Source: Candidatus Zixiibacteriota bacterium
Lineage (GTDB): Bacteria > UBP14 > UBA6098
NCBI GenBank assembly: GCA_011388305.1
Contig: DSAF01000158.1
Coordinates: 2,212-66,211 of the forward strand
DNA: 64,000 nt
Direction: 5' to 3'
In this document: piece by piece, positions 18,835-27,234 of the stretch
Numbering within the stretch: position 1 is the stretch's first letter
Layout of the letters: every line of letters starts with the position of its first letter
Notes under the pieces: generated by a model
What the model saw: only the letters and a program-made list of their open reading frames with translations
Told to the model about the DNA's origin: nothing
The model's database searches: none
Made by a program: the position numbers and the translations under genes

Positions 18835-19870
18835 ACGGCGATCTCATGGCCATCCCGAAAGGCTTAATCAGCCTCTGCCAAGGGACGGAGGTCTTGAGCT
18901 TCGAGACATCGACCCACGAGCTTTTGAACGGGTCGCCCTCGAAAATATGGAGATTCATGTAATTCCCGACCTGCGACACGAGATATGTCTCGGCGAACCT
19001 CCCGCAGGCCATCATCATGTCCGGGCTTTTCTTGCCGAGCGTGAATCCGTGGACGGCGAAATGTTTGTTGAAACTCAGCGTAAGCTTTTGCGCCAGCTCG
19101 AACGAGCCGTCCTCGCCGTGGAGCACCTCTCTCGGCGTGTTGAAATATCCCCCCGGAACGAAGACGCCCTTGACGGCCATCCCGAAACTCGTGAACGGCG
19201 CGGAAATATCGACTATAAGGAAATTCTCCGCCGGAAAGTCGAGGAAAATCACGGACAGAGCGTTGAACGCCGCCACAATGTCCGGCTCAACCGCCGACGG
19301 CGAAAGCCCGAGCGCAGTAAGCAATTTCGCACGCTCCTCGATAAGCCCCGCGCGCGATGCCACGGCGATGGACTTCCGCCCGAGCTTGCCCTCGCCAACT
19401 TCGACGGACTTAATGCAAAGCGAATCCGCCTCTGCGTTAACGTGCTGGCTCATCTCCCACTGCAGATTGTCGTTGTCGGGGGCGAAATAGCCCGCCGGGA
19501 CGTCGAACTCTTTCATCGACAAGAAGTGCGATGGAATGTTTATCGACGCGACCACGGCATTGAGTTTGGCGCGCTTTTTAATTTGGCGGAAAGCCTCGAC
19601 CAGCGCCTGTTGGTTGGCAATTCTCCCCTCGCGGACGACTCCGGACTCGAACTTCTCCTCGTCCGCGCCGGTGACGGAAATCTCCTTGCCCGAGACCAGC
19701 GCCTGAAGGACGGTAATCCTGTCCTCCTCGACTGCGATGCCCAGCGCGTTGCGCCTGTGCGTGAAATCAAAGCCCTCGGGAAAGGGGATTACCTCAGGCT
19801 CGGGAGCAGGCTTGACATCGCTGGCGGCGGGCGGATTATTTATTTTTTGTTTCTTTGCCGTCGAAAGCTC
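18827..19870 (-). CDS. PilM-like actin-like ATPase (type IV pilus assembly); the reading frame has no start codon
   Basis: The N-terminal region (ALGIAVEEDRITVLQALVSG...) resembles the PilM LGIDIG region, and the C-terminal half shows VDISAP...MMACG similarity. The frame is open from the TAG of the upstream prepilin-like gene at 19871-19873 through 19555 with no in-frame ATG/GTG/TTG. The track calls only the GTG at 19555. Confidence 0.6.
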   Translation of the reverse strand, partial: ELSTAKKQKINNPPAASDVKPAPEPEVIPFPEGFDFTHRRNALGIAVEEDRITVLQALVSGKEISVTGADEEKFESGVVREGRIANQQALVEAFRQIKKRAKLNAVVASINIPSHFLSMKEFDVPAGYFAPDNDNLQWEMSQHVNAEADSLCIKSVEVGEGKLGRKSIAVASRAGLIEERAKLLTALGLSPSAVEPDIVAAFNALSVIFLDFPAENFLIVDISAPFTSFGMAVKGVFVPGGYFNTPREVLHGEDGSFELAQKLTLSFNKHFAVHGFTLGKKSPDMMMACGRFAETYLVSQVGNYMNLHIFEGDPFKSSWVDVSKLKTSVPWQRLIKPFGMAMRSPYD

Positions 19871-20332
19871 CTACTCGTCTTCCCAAGTGAATCTTCCGTA
19901 GATTACCTGACCGTGGCCGTTCGGGCACGAGATTGAATAGAACAGCGAATCGCGGGCGTGGATGATATACTCCTCGCCGTCGAGCGGACACTTGAACGCA
20001 AAGCCGTCGGGCAGATATGGCTTGAGAAGATCGACATTGTCGGTGAACAACTTGACCTTGACCTTTGCGGAGTCGGCTTTTTCGGCTTTAGTTTTAGCTT
20101 CGGCCTCGGCGCTGTCCGGCTCCACGGGGGCGTGCAGAAGCGTCGTGTCGCCGAACGTGTCGAAGAAGCTGAGCATGGCGTTGTTGATCGACGTCATGCG
20201 CTCTCTGCACTCGGCCTCGGCCTCTAACAGCTTGCCCTCGCGTGCCTTAGGAATAAGTAGCGCGGCGAGAACGCCGACTATCAGAATCAGTATGATTACA
20301 TCCAACAGCGAGATTCCAGATTTACGGTTCAC
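19871..20332 (-). CDS. prepilin-type N-terminal domain (pseudopilin/pilin-like) protein
   Basis: N-terminus MNRKSGISLLDVIILILIVGVLAALLIP resembles a prepilin cleavage/methylation leader plus hydrophobic helix. Length 153 aa. Confidence 0.65.
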   Translation of the reverse strand: MNRKSGISLLDVIILILIVGVLAALLIPKAREGKLLEAEAECRERMTSINNAMLSFFDTFGDTTLLHAPVEPDSAEAEAKTKAEKADSAKVKVKLFTDNVDLLKPYLPDGFAFKCPLDGEEYIIHARDSLFYSISCPNGHGQVIYGRFTWEDE

Positions 20333-20347
20333 TTGACCTCCATTTTA

Positions 20348-20746
20348 TTATTCATTTGAAATTACTATCATTGGCTCGATTTTGCCGAGCGTCACCGGGC
20401 CGATGCCCTTAACGCGCAATAAATCCTCCGGCTTCTCATACCTGCCGTTTTGTTCCCTATCCTCGACTATCCTTCCGGCGATGACCGGCCCAATCGAGGG
20501 CAACTTGACCAGCTCCTCGACCGGCGCGCGATTGACGTCTATCGGCGCGCGAGGCTCGGCGGGGGCTTGCCTCGCAGAAATCTTCGGCACTGCCGATTCC
20601 GGCGAAATCGCTCGAACCGCCTCCGGCTCGGGGAAAGGCGCGGCGATTGACCTTGTGAAGTTACTCACCGCCCATCCCAAGCCAAGCCCTCCCAAAACAA
20701 ACACAAGCAGGGCGATTTCCCTCTTGGTGAATAAGTTCTTCATCAA
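20348..20746 (-). CDS. comEA: ComEA-family helix-hairpin-helix DNA-binding competence protein
   Basis: Signal/TM segment, then tandem HhH motifs (IDVNRAPVEELVKLPSIGPVIAGRIV...LLRVKGIGPVTLGKI). Confidence 0.8.
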   Translation of the reverse strand: MMKNLFTKREIALLVFVLGGLGLGWAVSNFTRSIAAPFPEPEAVRAISPESAVPKISARQAPAEPRAPIDVNRAPVEELVKLPSIGPVIAGRIVEDREQNGRYEKPEDLLRVKGIGPVTLGKIEPMIVISNE

Positions 20747-20861
20747 AAAGTCCTATTTTCAAACTATAAAATATAGCTTAAAAAGCAATCTATTCAAGAA
20801 ATATCCTTTAAAAAACGCAATTTTTTTGTATTTTATACGAAGTGAAACGAATGGAGCGCAT

Positions 20862-21938
20862 TTGAAGATACTGGACAGATACATTCTTCGAAGCTTCCTG
20901 ACCTTTGTCGGCTGGGCTTTTCTGGGTTTTTTAATTCTCTTCTACGTCGTCGATGTAGTCGAGAATGTAGATAAATTTATCGACAAAGGCGCAGGTCTCA
21001 TCGATGTCATATACTACTATATGGCCTATACGCCGTTTGTGCTCGTTCTCGTCAGCCCGATTGCGCTCCTGCTTGCGGCGAATTTCGTCTGCGGCTCGCT
21101 TTCGCGCCACAGAGAGATTGTCGCGGTTCGCTCGGGCACGATTAGCACGCTCCGAGCCGGCCTTCCGATAATCGCAGTCGGCCTGCTATGGTCGGTGGGA
21201 ATCATGCTATTCGGCGAGCTGGTTCTCCCGCGAACGAATGCCCTGCACGAGAGGATTAAGGAAGAGCGAATCAACCAAAGGCGCGCTCAAACTACAAGAG
21301 TGCGCAACCTCCTCTATCTCGGCGAGGATGGCAATGTCTATTCCGTAGGCTCTCTCGACCCACAGAGGGCCAGAGGCACGGATATTCTAATCGTGAGCTT
21401 CGGCGCCGATGACCGCGTAAGCAGAATGATTCGCGCCCGCGAGGCCAGATACGAACGCGGGCGATGGACGCTCTACGACGGCCACATCTATTCCTTCGGC
21501 AACGATTCCGCCGCTGAATACACGCGCTTTACCGAGAAAACCCTCCCGCTCCGCGAAACCCCCGAGGACCTTGCCAAACGCCGCGCCAACCCCGACGAGA
21601 TGGGATTCTTCGAGCTACGAAAATTCATCTCGCGCGTCCAGCGCGCGGGCGGCGACCCGATTCGTGAGCGCACCGACCTTCTGATGAAAGTATCGTTCCC
21701 GTTCATCAATTTCATTATCTTGCTTTTCGGAGTGCCATTGGCATTGCGCGTGCGGCGCTCGGGCTTCGTGATGGGTTTCGCGCAATCTCTGACAATAGGA
21801 TTTCTATATTTCGGCGCGATACGCATTGGCCAAGTTTTGGGATACAACGGCACACTGTCGCCATTTCTGGCCGCCACGATGGGGAACATCATTTTCGGCT
21901 CTGCGGGGCTTGTTCTTTTCGTGTCGATGAGGGAATAA
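20862..21938 (+). CDS. LptF/LptG family permease (YjgP/YjgQ)
   Basis: The LKILDRYILRSFL start is typical of LptF/G. It has six TM segments with a periplasmic beta-jellyroll insert. The start is assigned to TTG at 20862, because the upstream part of the long ORF is non-coding-like. Confidence 0.75.
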   Translation: MKILDRYILRSFLTFVGWAFLGFLILFYVVDVVENVDKFIDKGAGLIDVIYYYMAYTPFVLVLVSPIALLLAANFVCGSLSRHREIVAVRSGTISTLRAGLPIIAVGLLWSVGIMLFGELVLPRTNALHERIKEERINQRRAQTTRVRNLLYLGEDGNVYSVGSLDPQRARGTDILIVSFGADDRVSRMIRAREARYERGRWTLYDGHIYSFGNDSAAEYTRFTEKTLPLRETPEDLAKRRANPDEMGFFELRKFISRVQRAGGDPIRERTDLLMKVSFPFINFIILLFGVPLALRVRRSGFVMGFAQSLTIGFLYFGAIRIGQVLGYNGTLSPFLAATMGNIIFGSAGLVLFVSMRE

Positions 21939-21978
21939 TTTACGGGCGAGACGGGTGACTCAACCGAAATAATCCCCC

Positions 21979-22000
21979 CACCCCCTTTAACAAGGGGGTG
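21979..22000 (+). terminator. stable hairpin downstream of the lptF/G-like gene (no T-run)
   Basis: CACCCCCTT-TAAC-AAGGGGGTG forms a 9-bp GC-rich stem. Confidence 0.35.
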
Positions 22001-22070
22001 AGATAGTAGGGGCGAGGCTGAAGGAGATTGTTCGCTATCGCTCGAAATGACACAAGATTCCGGAGGAATT

Positions 22071-22673
22071 ATGATTGACGCGGCATTTTTCGAGACATGG
22101 GCATTCAAATGGGCGATTCTGCCCGCGCTGATTATCTGCGCGAGGATACTCGACGTTTCTATCGGAACTGTGCGAATTATCATGGTCTCCCGTAGGCAGA
22201 AGCTCATCTCGCCATTTCTCGGCTTTTTCGAGGTGATGATATGGCTCATCGCGATTGGCCAAGTCCTCGAAAACCTCACAAACCCGCTCTATTACGTCGC
22301 TTACGGCGCAGGTTTTGCAATGGGGAATTTCGTGGGAATCAAAATCGACGAACGCCTCGCAATGGGCTTCCAAGTCGTCCGGACAATCACCAAAAAGGAC
22401 GCGTATGAGCTAATCGAAGCCCTCCGAGATAGTGGATACATGGCGACAAACGTCCTCGCGGATAGCTCCGCAGGCCCCGTCAATGTCATCTGGACAGTGC
22501 TCCAGCGCGCCGACCTCGAAGAAGTCATCGCAATTATCAAAAGTTTCAACCCGCACGCATTCTTCTCCATAGAAGACGTCCGTTATGCCAACGAGGCCAT
22601 CCCGCCATTCAGAAGGCGTAGCAATATCGATGTCGCCCGACGCCTCATGCCGTTCGCGAGAAAGGGTAAGTAG
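22071..22673 (+). CDS. UPF0316/DUF2179 family membrane protein
   Basis: Clear similarity to the UPF0316 family (IDERLAMGF, RDSGYMATNV, SFNPHAFFSIEDVRY regions). The start is taken at MIDAAFF, which is preceded by GGAGGAATT. Confidence 0.75.
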   Translation: MIDAAFFETWAFKWAILPALIICARILDVSIGTVRIIMVSRRQKLISPFLGFFEVMIWLIAIGQVLENLTNPLYYVAYGAGFAMGNFVGIKIDERLAMGFQVVRTITKKDAYELIEALRDSGYMATNVLADSSAGPVNVIWTVLQRADLEEVIAIIKSFNPHAFFSIEDVRYANEAIPPFRRRSNIDVARRLMPFARKGK

Positions 22674-22832
22674 GCGGGCGGAGAGGCACACATCTATTTA
22701 GCATTCACAAGGAAATAGTTGCAGGTTATGACGTAATCTATGATTCGGGCAAAGAGGTTATCGACGAAATGATTAAAAAATCGAGATAAACTCATCCCCG
22801 ATATTATTTTAGATAACTCGCTAATTGCCTCG

Positions 22833-23027
22833 CTATTTCTTCCCGCGCATGTAGAACTCGACCGAGCGGTTGTATGTCCTCTCCTGCTCGGCTGTGAAGT
22901 AGCACGCCGGAAGCTCGCCGCTTCTTCGATGATACGCCAAGCACTCGCAACATTTGCCCTTGCGGGGGCAAGGATATGTGCAGTTGCACATTTGGAGGTT
23001 TTCTTGTATTTTCGGACAGTCGCTCAT
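22833..23027 (-). CDS. small Cys-rich domain protein (64 aa), translationally coupled to iorB
   Basis: Motif [30 protein letters not shown] resembles the 'cysteine-rich small domain' family. Its ATG overlaps the iorB TGA (ATGA). Confidence 0.55.
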   Translation of the reverse strand: MSDCPKIQENLQMCNCTYPCPRKGKCCECLAYHRRSGELPACYFTAEQERTYNRSVEFYMRGKK

Positions 23028-23608
23028 CTCTCTGCGGCCTTGCGTCCAAGCTCGAACGCCTTCATGTTCATCTCGACGAATTTCGGCGGGACTTTGTTCT
23101 CGATAGCCTTCTTCCATAGTGCCTCATCGAACGGAAGAAACGCGCTGAGAGCGCCCAGAAGGACGACGTTCGTGGCCTTGACATTGCCTGCCTCTTTGGC
23201 GAGTTCCATTCCGGGGATGAGCAGGGCATTGGGGACGGCCTCGCGGACTCTGTCCCACGTGTTTTCGGGGTAGTCCATCACTCCGGCGGCAACGGGCGCG
23301 GGAGCGATCTCCTGATCGTTGACGATGACCATGCCGTCCGGCTTGACGAAATTGATATAGCGCACGGCCTCGAGCTTCTCGAACGATAGCAGAACATCGG
23401 CCTCGCCCTCGGTAATCAGCGGCGAATGCACCTCGTCGCCGAACTTGACGTGCCCCATGACCGAGCCGCCGCGTTGCGCCATGCCGTGCACCTCGCTCTT
23501 CTTGACATCCATGCCCGCGAGGCGCGCAACCTCGCTCAAAAGCTCGCTGGCGAGGATAATTCCTTGTCCGCCGACACCGGTGATGAAAACACCTTTAACT
23601 TCGCTCAT
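23024..23608 (-). CDS. iorB: indolepyruvate/2-oxoacid:ferredoxin oxidoreductase gamma-type subunit (IorB-like)
   Basis: GVGGQG motif and overall POR/KOR gamma-domain similarity over 194 aa. No partner alpha subunit lies adjacent. Confidence 0.75.
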   Translation of the reverse strand: MSEVKGVFITGVGGQGIILASELLSEVARLAGMDVKKSEVHGMAQRGGSVMGHVKFGDEVHSPLITEGEADVLLSFEKLEAVRYINFVKPDGMVIVNDQEIAPAPVAAGVMDYPENTWDRVREAVPNALLIPGMELAKEAGNVKATNVVLLGALSAFLPFDEALWKKAIENKVPPKFVEMNMKAFELGRKAAER

Positions 23609-23670
23609 AATTCCCCTTTAGATTGAGATTTCAGTAAGTTCAGACATTTCGAAAATGATTGAAATTTGCG

Positions 23671-23700
23671 GGCGAATTCAATTCGCCACATCGTTTTTTT
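23671..23700 (+). terminator. hairpin plus T-run (plus-strand intrinsic-terminator-like)
   Basis: GGCGAATT-C-AATTCGCC palindrome followed by acatcgTTTTTTT. No plus-strand gene ends nearby. Confidence 0.35.
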
Positions 23701-23729
23701 CATCTCGATCAGGCGAATGCGGCTCGCCT

Positions 23730-26597
23730 CTACTTCATATAAACTATCTTGCCTCCGGCCTGCTCGCCGCCCGATGTCACCCTGTAGAGATAAGTCCCCG
23801 TAGGGAGAAACTCGCCGTTTTCGAGCGTCGCGTTCCAGCGGATGAGGTTCGGGCCGGCCTTCGCCGACGGCAATGAGAAATTGCGCACGAGGCGGCCGTT
23901 TACGTCGAATATGTCTATCTCCACCGGCGCAGGCTCAGGAATGTCGAAGCCGAGTATCACCGCGCTGTTGAACGGATTCGGATACGGCGAGAGGAGCTTC
24001 ATCGAATACGGCCTCACCGCCTCCTCGGGAACATCCCAGAAATAGGGGACATCCGCCCACGCCAAAGCCCTCTCGAGGAAAGAGTGGCGTAGGCTATCGC
24101 TGAATCCCTCGATGCCGAACTCGAGAAGTATGCTCTTCCATCCCTCGGGGCTTTCATAGCGAACTCCGCAAGTCGAGTCGGGAAGCTCGCCTGCATTGTA
24201 GTAGAGGAACGGAATTCCGCCGCCGACTGCGCTACAGCTTCCCGTGTATCGCTGGTTAAGGGCGCTTCCGCCCCCAAACGCGATATTGTCCTCGAATCCG
24301 TCGCCGATGATGTCGCCGTCCAAGCCTTTGATGTTCATGGCCAGAGCCAGCGGGACGACATCCTCCACATGCCTCGTGCCGAAAACTCGCTCGAGCCAAG
24401 CGGGCGTGGCCATCTGGGGCATGTGTTGGCCGGTGAGCATGAGCAATCTTCCGGCTTCGGCGGAGAGCCAGCCCTCCATGTCGGCCTCGCTTGAACCAGG
24501 GAGAACCCTATGGCCGGACTCGTCGCCGGTCATGTAAATTATCACTCTATGGCGATCCATAATTTCGCGGGGGAGGCCGGTAGTTGGCACGAAAACGCTG
24601 TCGAACGGCACTCCGCCCCAGCGAAGCGATCCCATTACTTTATTTATATAGTCGAATGTCGTGTCTATCGATGCTACGAGAACCTCGGGATATCCCACCA
24701 TCGTTCTGAAATTGGCGATGTGGACGTAGCGGTCGGGCGTGGTTAACTCGATTTTGAAACTGACGAATCGTCCGTAGCGGTGCGTAGGATCCATCTTGAA
24801 AACTATCGGGTTGCCCGCGTTCGAGTTGGTTGCGCCGTTGGGAATAGAGCCGATAGTCGCGATGCTATCGAGTATTATCACGAGCGTGTCTTTGGTTGTC
24901 ACTTTGATTTGCGCGCCTGTCGCGGGCGCCCAAGTCGGGTCGGCGCTGTTCTCGTATGTGAAGAAAAGCTCGACTCTCTCGTCCGGCTCGGGGCGGCCGT
25001 TGCCGTTCTCGTCGATAAGCTCGACATCGACTAAAGACAGCGATGGGAATATGCCCGCGGCGAGTGCCCTGAAAGCGTTGACTCTGCCGGAACCGAGCTG
25101 TTCGCCCGCGGCGTATGATGCATTGCCGGGGACGTCGTATATATAGTCCGCCCAGTCCTCTAACCTCTGGCGAATCCAGTGGTTAGAGCTGTCCGGGAAG
25201 AAGCTCCATAGAAGTCCGGCGGCACCCGCGACAACGGGCGCGGCCATGCTCGTGCCATCGAAAGAGGCGTATCCGGGAGCGAAATTCGACCACCATGAAC
25301 CATCGCACGGTGCTGGTGGGCGCTCGTAGAAGCGCGGCACTGTCGAGCCCATATCCTCGCCCGGGGCCGAGATATCGACAGTTGTGCTGAAATTAGAAAA
25401 TCCCGCTTTGCGGTCGGATGGGCCGGTGGCGGCAACGGCAATAACCTCGGGATATGCCGACGGATAGTGAAGCTCATCGGTGTTGTCGTTGCCGGCGGCG
25501 GCTGTGATGAGCACGCCCCAGCTGTTGACTGCTGTGTCTATGAGAGAATGAACGAAATGGCTCGAATCCCTTCCGCCGTAGCTGAAGTTGAAAACCTTAC
25601 AACCCATCATAGTGCCGTAATGCAGAGCCTGTATGACGGCGGCGTTCTGGTTATATCCGCGACAGTCGCGCGAATAATAGCCCGTGCGGAGTGCCATAAT
25701 TTGCGTCCGCCATGTGATTCCCGCGATGCCGACGTTGTTGTTGGCCTCGGCGGTCATGATGCCCGTGCAATGCGTTCCGTGGCCGTTATATCTGAAGTCC
25801 ATCGGGTCGTTGTCGAAATCGAGGCCGTCCTCGCGGATTGTCGGGTCGGTGGGGTGGCGGTATGCATCGGTGAAAACGCCATCGACGAAATCATAACCGA
25901 TGAAGTCGTCGATATATCCGTTGCCGTCGAGGTCGAAGGATGAGTCTGGCGGAAGTGTCCAGTCTTGTTGGACATCCCCCGGATCGAATCCTACGCCGGG
26001 GATGAAGACATAGCCGTTGTCGTTCAAGTCTTCGCCGAGATTCTGCCACATAAGGTTGGTCAAGTCCTCGTGGAGATAGTCCACGCCGGAATCGCATGCG
26101 CCCATGATAATCGTCGGCTCGCCCTGCGTGAAGTCCCAGACGCGGTCTGCCTGAATTTTGCGGGCATACCATTGGTGCGACCAGTAGAACGGGTCGTTGG
26201 GCGTCGCGCACTGGACATAAACGAAATCAGGCTCCATGATTGTGATGCCCTTCGCGCCATGCAAAAGCTCCATGGCCGATGGGACGTCGATTTTTTCTTC
26301 ATCGAAATATACTTTGAACCATCTCTCGACCCAGCGCCACCTCCGGCGATATTCGGGGTTCGGAGCGATAGGGATGAGCCTCCGCCAACGATCGACGCCA
26401 ATTACGCGGAAAGCCGCGTCGATTTCGGGCCAGCCGGTTGTGACGAAGCCGTCCTCGTCGATTATAGGGTCGCCGAATTCCGTCTCTTCGATTTCCATAA
26501 GAAGTGTGCCGGAAACCCATCGTGTGGGGTCGTCTTGCGCGAAAGCGGCGAGAGCCAAAACAATCAGCGCAACAGCTATTAACATCAAACTTCGCAT
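23730..26597 (-). CDS. subtilisin-like serine peptidase (S8) with a T9SS C-terminal sorting domain
   Basis: Catalytic Asp/His/Ser motifs: DSGVDYLHEDL, HGTHCTGIM, GTSMAAPVVAGAAGLL. The C-terminus carries the T9SS CTD signature YPNPFNSAV...GTYLYRV. The start is set at MRSLMLIAV (signal peptide). Confidence 0.85.
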   Translation of the reverse strand: MRSLMLIAVALIVLALAAFAQDDPTRWVSGTLLMEIEETEFGDPIIDEDGFVTTGWPEIDAAFRVIGVDRWRRLIPIAPNPEYRRRWRWVERWFKVYFDEEKIDVPSAMELLHGAKGITIMEPDFVYVQCATPNDPFYWSHQWYARKIQADRVWDFTQGEPTIIMGACDSGVDYLHEDLTNLMWQNLGEDLNDNGYVFIPGVGFDPGDVQQDWTLPPDSSFDLDGNGYIDDFIGYDFVDGVFTDAYRHPTDPTIREDGLDFDNDPMDFRYNGHGTHCTGIMTAEANNNVGIAGITWRTQIMALRTGYYSRDCRGYNQNAAVIQALHYGTMMGCKVFNFSYGGRDSSHFVHSLIDTAVNSWGVLITAAAGNDNTDELHYPSAYPEVIAVAATGPSDRKAGFSNFSTTVDISAPGEDMGSTVPRFYERPPAPCDGSWWSNFAPGYASFDGTSMAAPVVAGAAGLLWSFFPDSSNHWIRQRLEDWADYIYDVPGNASYAAGEQLGSGRVNAFRALAAGIFPSLSLVDVELIDENGNGRPEPDERVELFFTYENSADPTWAPATGAQIKVTTKDTLVIILDSIATIGSIPNGATNSNAGNPIVFKMDPTHRYGRFVSFKIELTTPDRYVHIANFRTMVGYPEVLVASIDTTFDYINKVMGSLRWGGVPFDSVFVPTTGLPREIMDRHRVIIYMTGDESGHRVLPGSSEADMEGWLSAEAGRLLMLTGQHMPQMATPAWLERVFGTRHVEDVVPLALAMNIKGLDGDIIGDGFEDNIAFGGGSALNQRYTGSCSAVGGGIPFLYYNAGELPDSTCGVRYESPEGWKSILLEFGIEGFSDSLRHSFLERALAWADVPYFWDVPEEAVRPYSMKLLSPYPNPFNSAVILGFDIPEPAPVEIDIFDVNGRLVRNFSLPSAKAGPNLIRWNATLENGEFLPTGTYLYRVTSGGEQAGGKIVYMK

Positions 26598-26710
26598 AGT
26601 CACTCCATGACAATCTGAGTTTACAAATTTATAGATTATATTTGAATAGCATCGCAAAGTCAAACCAAAATGCAATTTGGAGTTTGTTTCGATATTTTTG
26701 TGATTTCCGA

Positions 26711-26844
26711 GCAGGGGGCGTCGGCCCTTCCTGCGATTTGTAAAATCGCAGGAAGGTGCGAAGTAGTCGGTGGGCAGTTATTTGCCACAATAAGCAATCG
26801 CGCCCCGACTACTTCGTAGCGCGTTTACGCGCGCCGACGCCCCG
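26711..26844 (-). repeat. copy 2 of the structured intergenic repeat, inverted orientation
   Basis: Module order on the plus strand is outer-D-C-B-outer: TTCCTGCGATTT-GTA-AAATCGCAGGAA, then GCGAAGTAGTCGG...CCGACTACTTCG, then GCGCG-TTTA-CGCGC, bounded by GGGGGCGTCGGC / GCCGACGCCCC. Confidence 0.8.
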
Positions 26845-26919
26845 TGAGGAGCGAAAAAACAGCTTGACTTTCATGAAGGGGATGCGTATTTTTATTAAAA
26901 GTTAGGAAGAATTAACTCA

Positions 26920-27234
26920 ATGCGGCTCGATATAATCCAAGACGGCGAATTTGCACAGGTAATCGATGTGTGCGGGCAAGGCCCTATCCGTGCGAGACTC
27001 ATGGACATGGGATTCTCCCGAGGCACAACAGTCGAGGTCATCCGCAAGGCGCCGATGGGCGGCCCCATCGAGGTGAGAGTCAAGGGAACGCTGGTATCTC
27101 TGAGGCCACAGGAGGCCATGATGGTCGAAGTCGCTCCTATCGTCCGTAGGCGAGGATATCGCCATCGCGGGCGGCGCGGATTTTTTCGCGGTTTCATGAA
27201 TTTCTTCGAAAACGGCACCGATGGAGACAAGTAG
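26920..27234 (+). CDS. feoA: FeoA domain protein with an Arg-rich C-terminal extension
   Basis: An SH3-like FeoA core (VIDVCGQGPIRARLMDMGFSRGTTVEV), then an RRRGYRHRGRRGFFRGF tail. The 3' end overlaps the feoB start. Confidence 0.8.
   Translation: MRLDIIQDGEFAQVIDVCGQGPIRARLMDMGFSRGTTVEVIRKAPMGGPIEVRVKGTLVSLRPQEAMMVEVAPIVRRRGYRHRGRRGFFRGFMNFFENGTDGDK

Noticed and set aside
17951-19936. 661-aa plus-strand ORF spanning the pilM / membrane-protein region
   Set aside because: Antisense to two minus-strand genes with clear family similarity. The product is Arg/Pro/Ser-rich low complexity, which is typical of spurious reverse-frame ORFs in GC-rich DNA.
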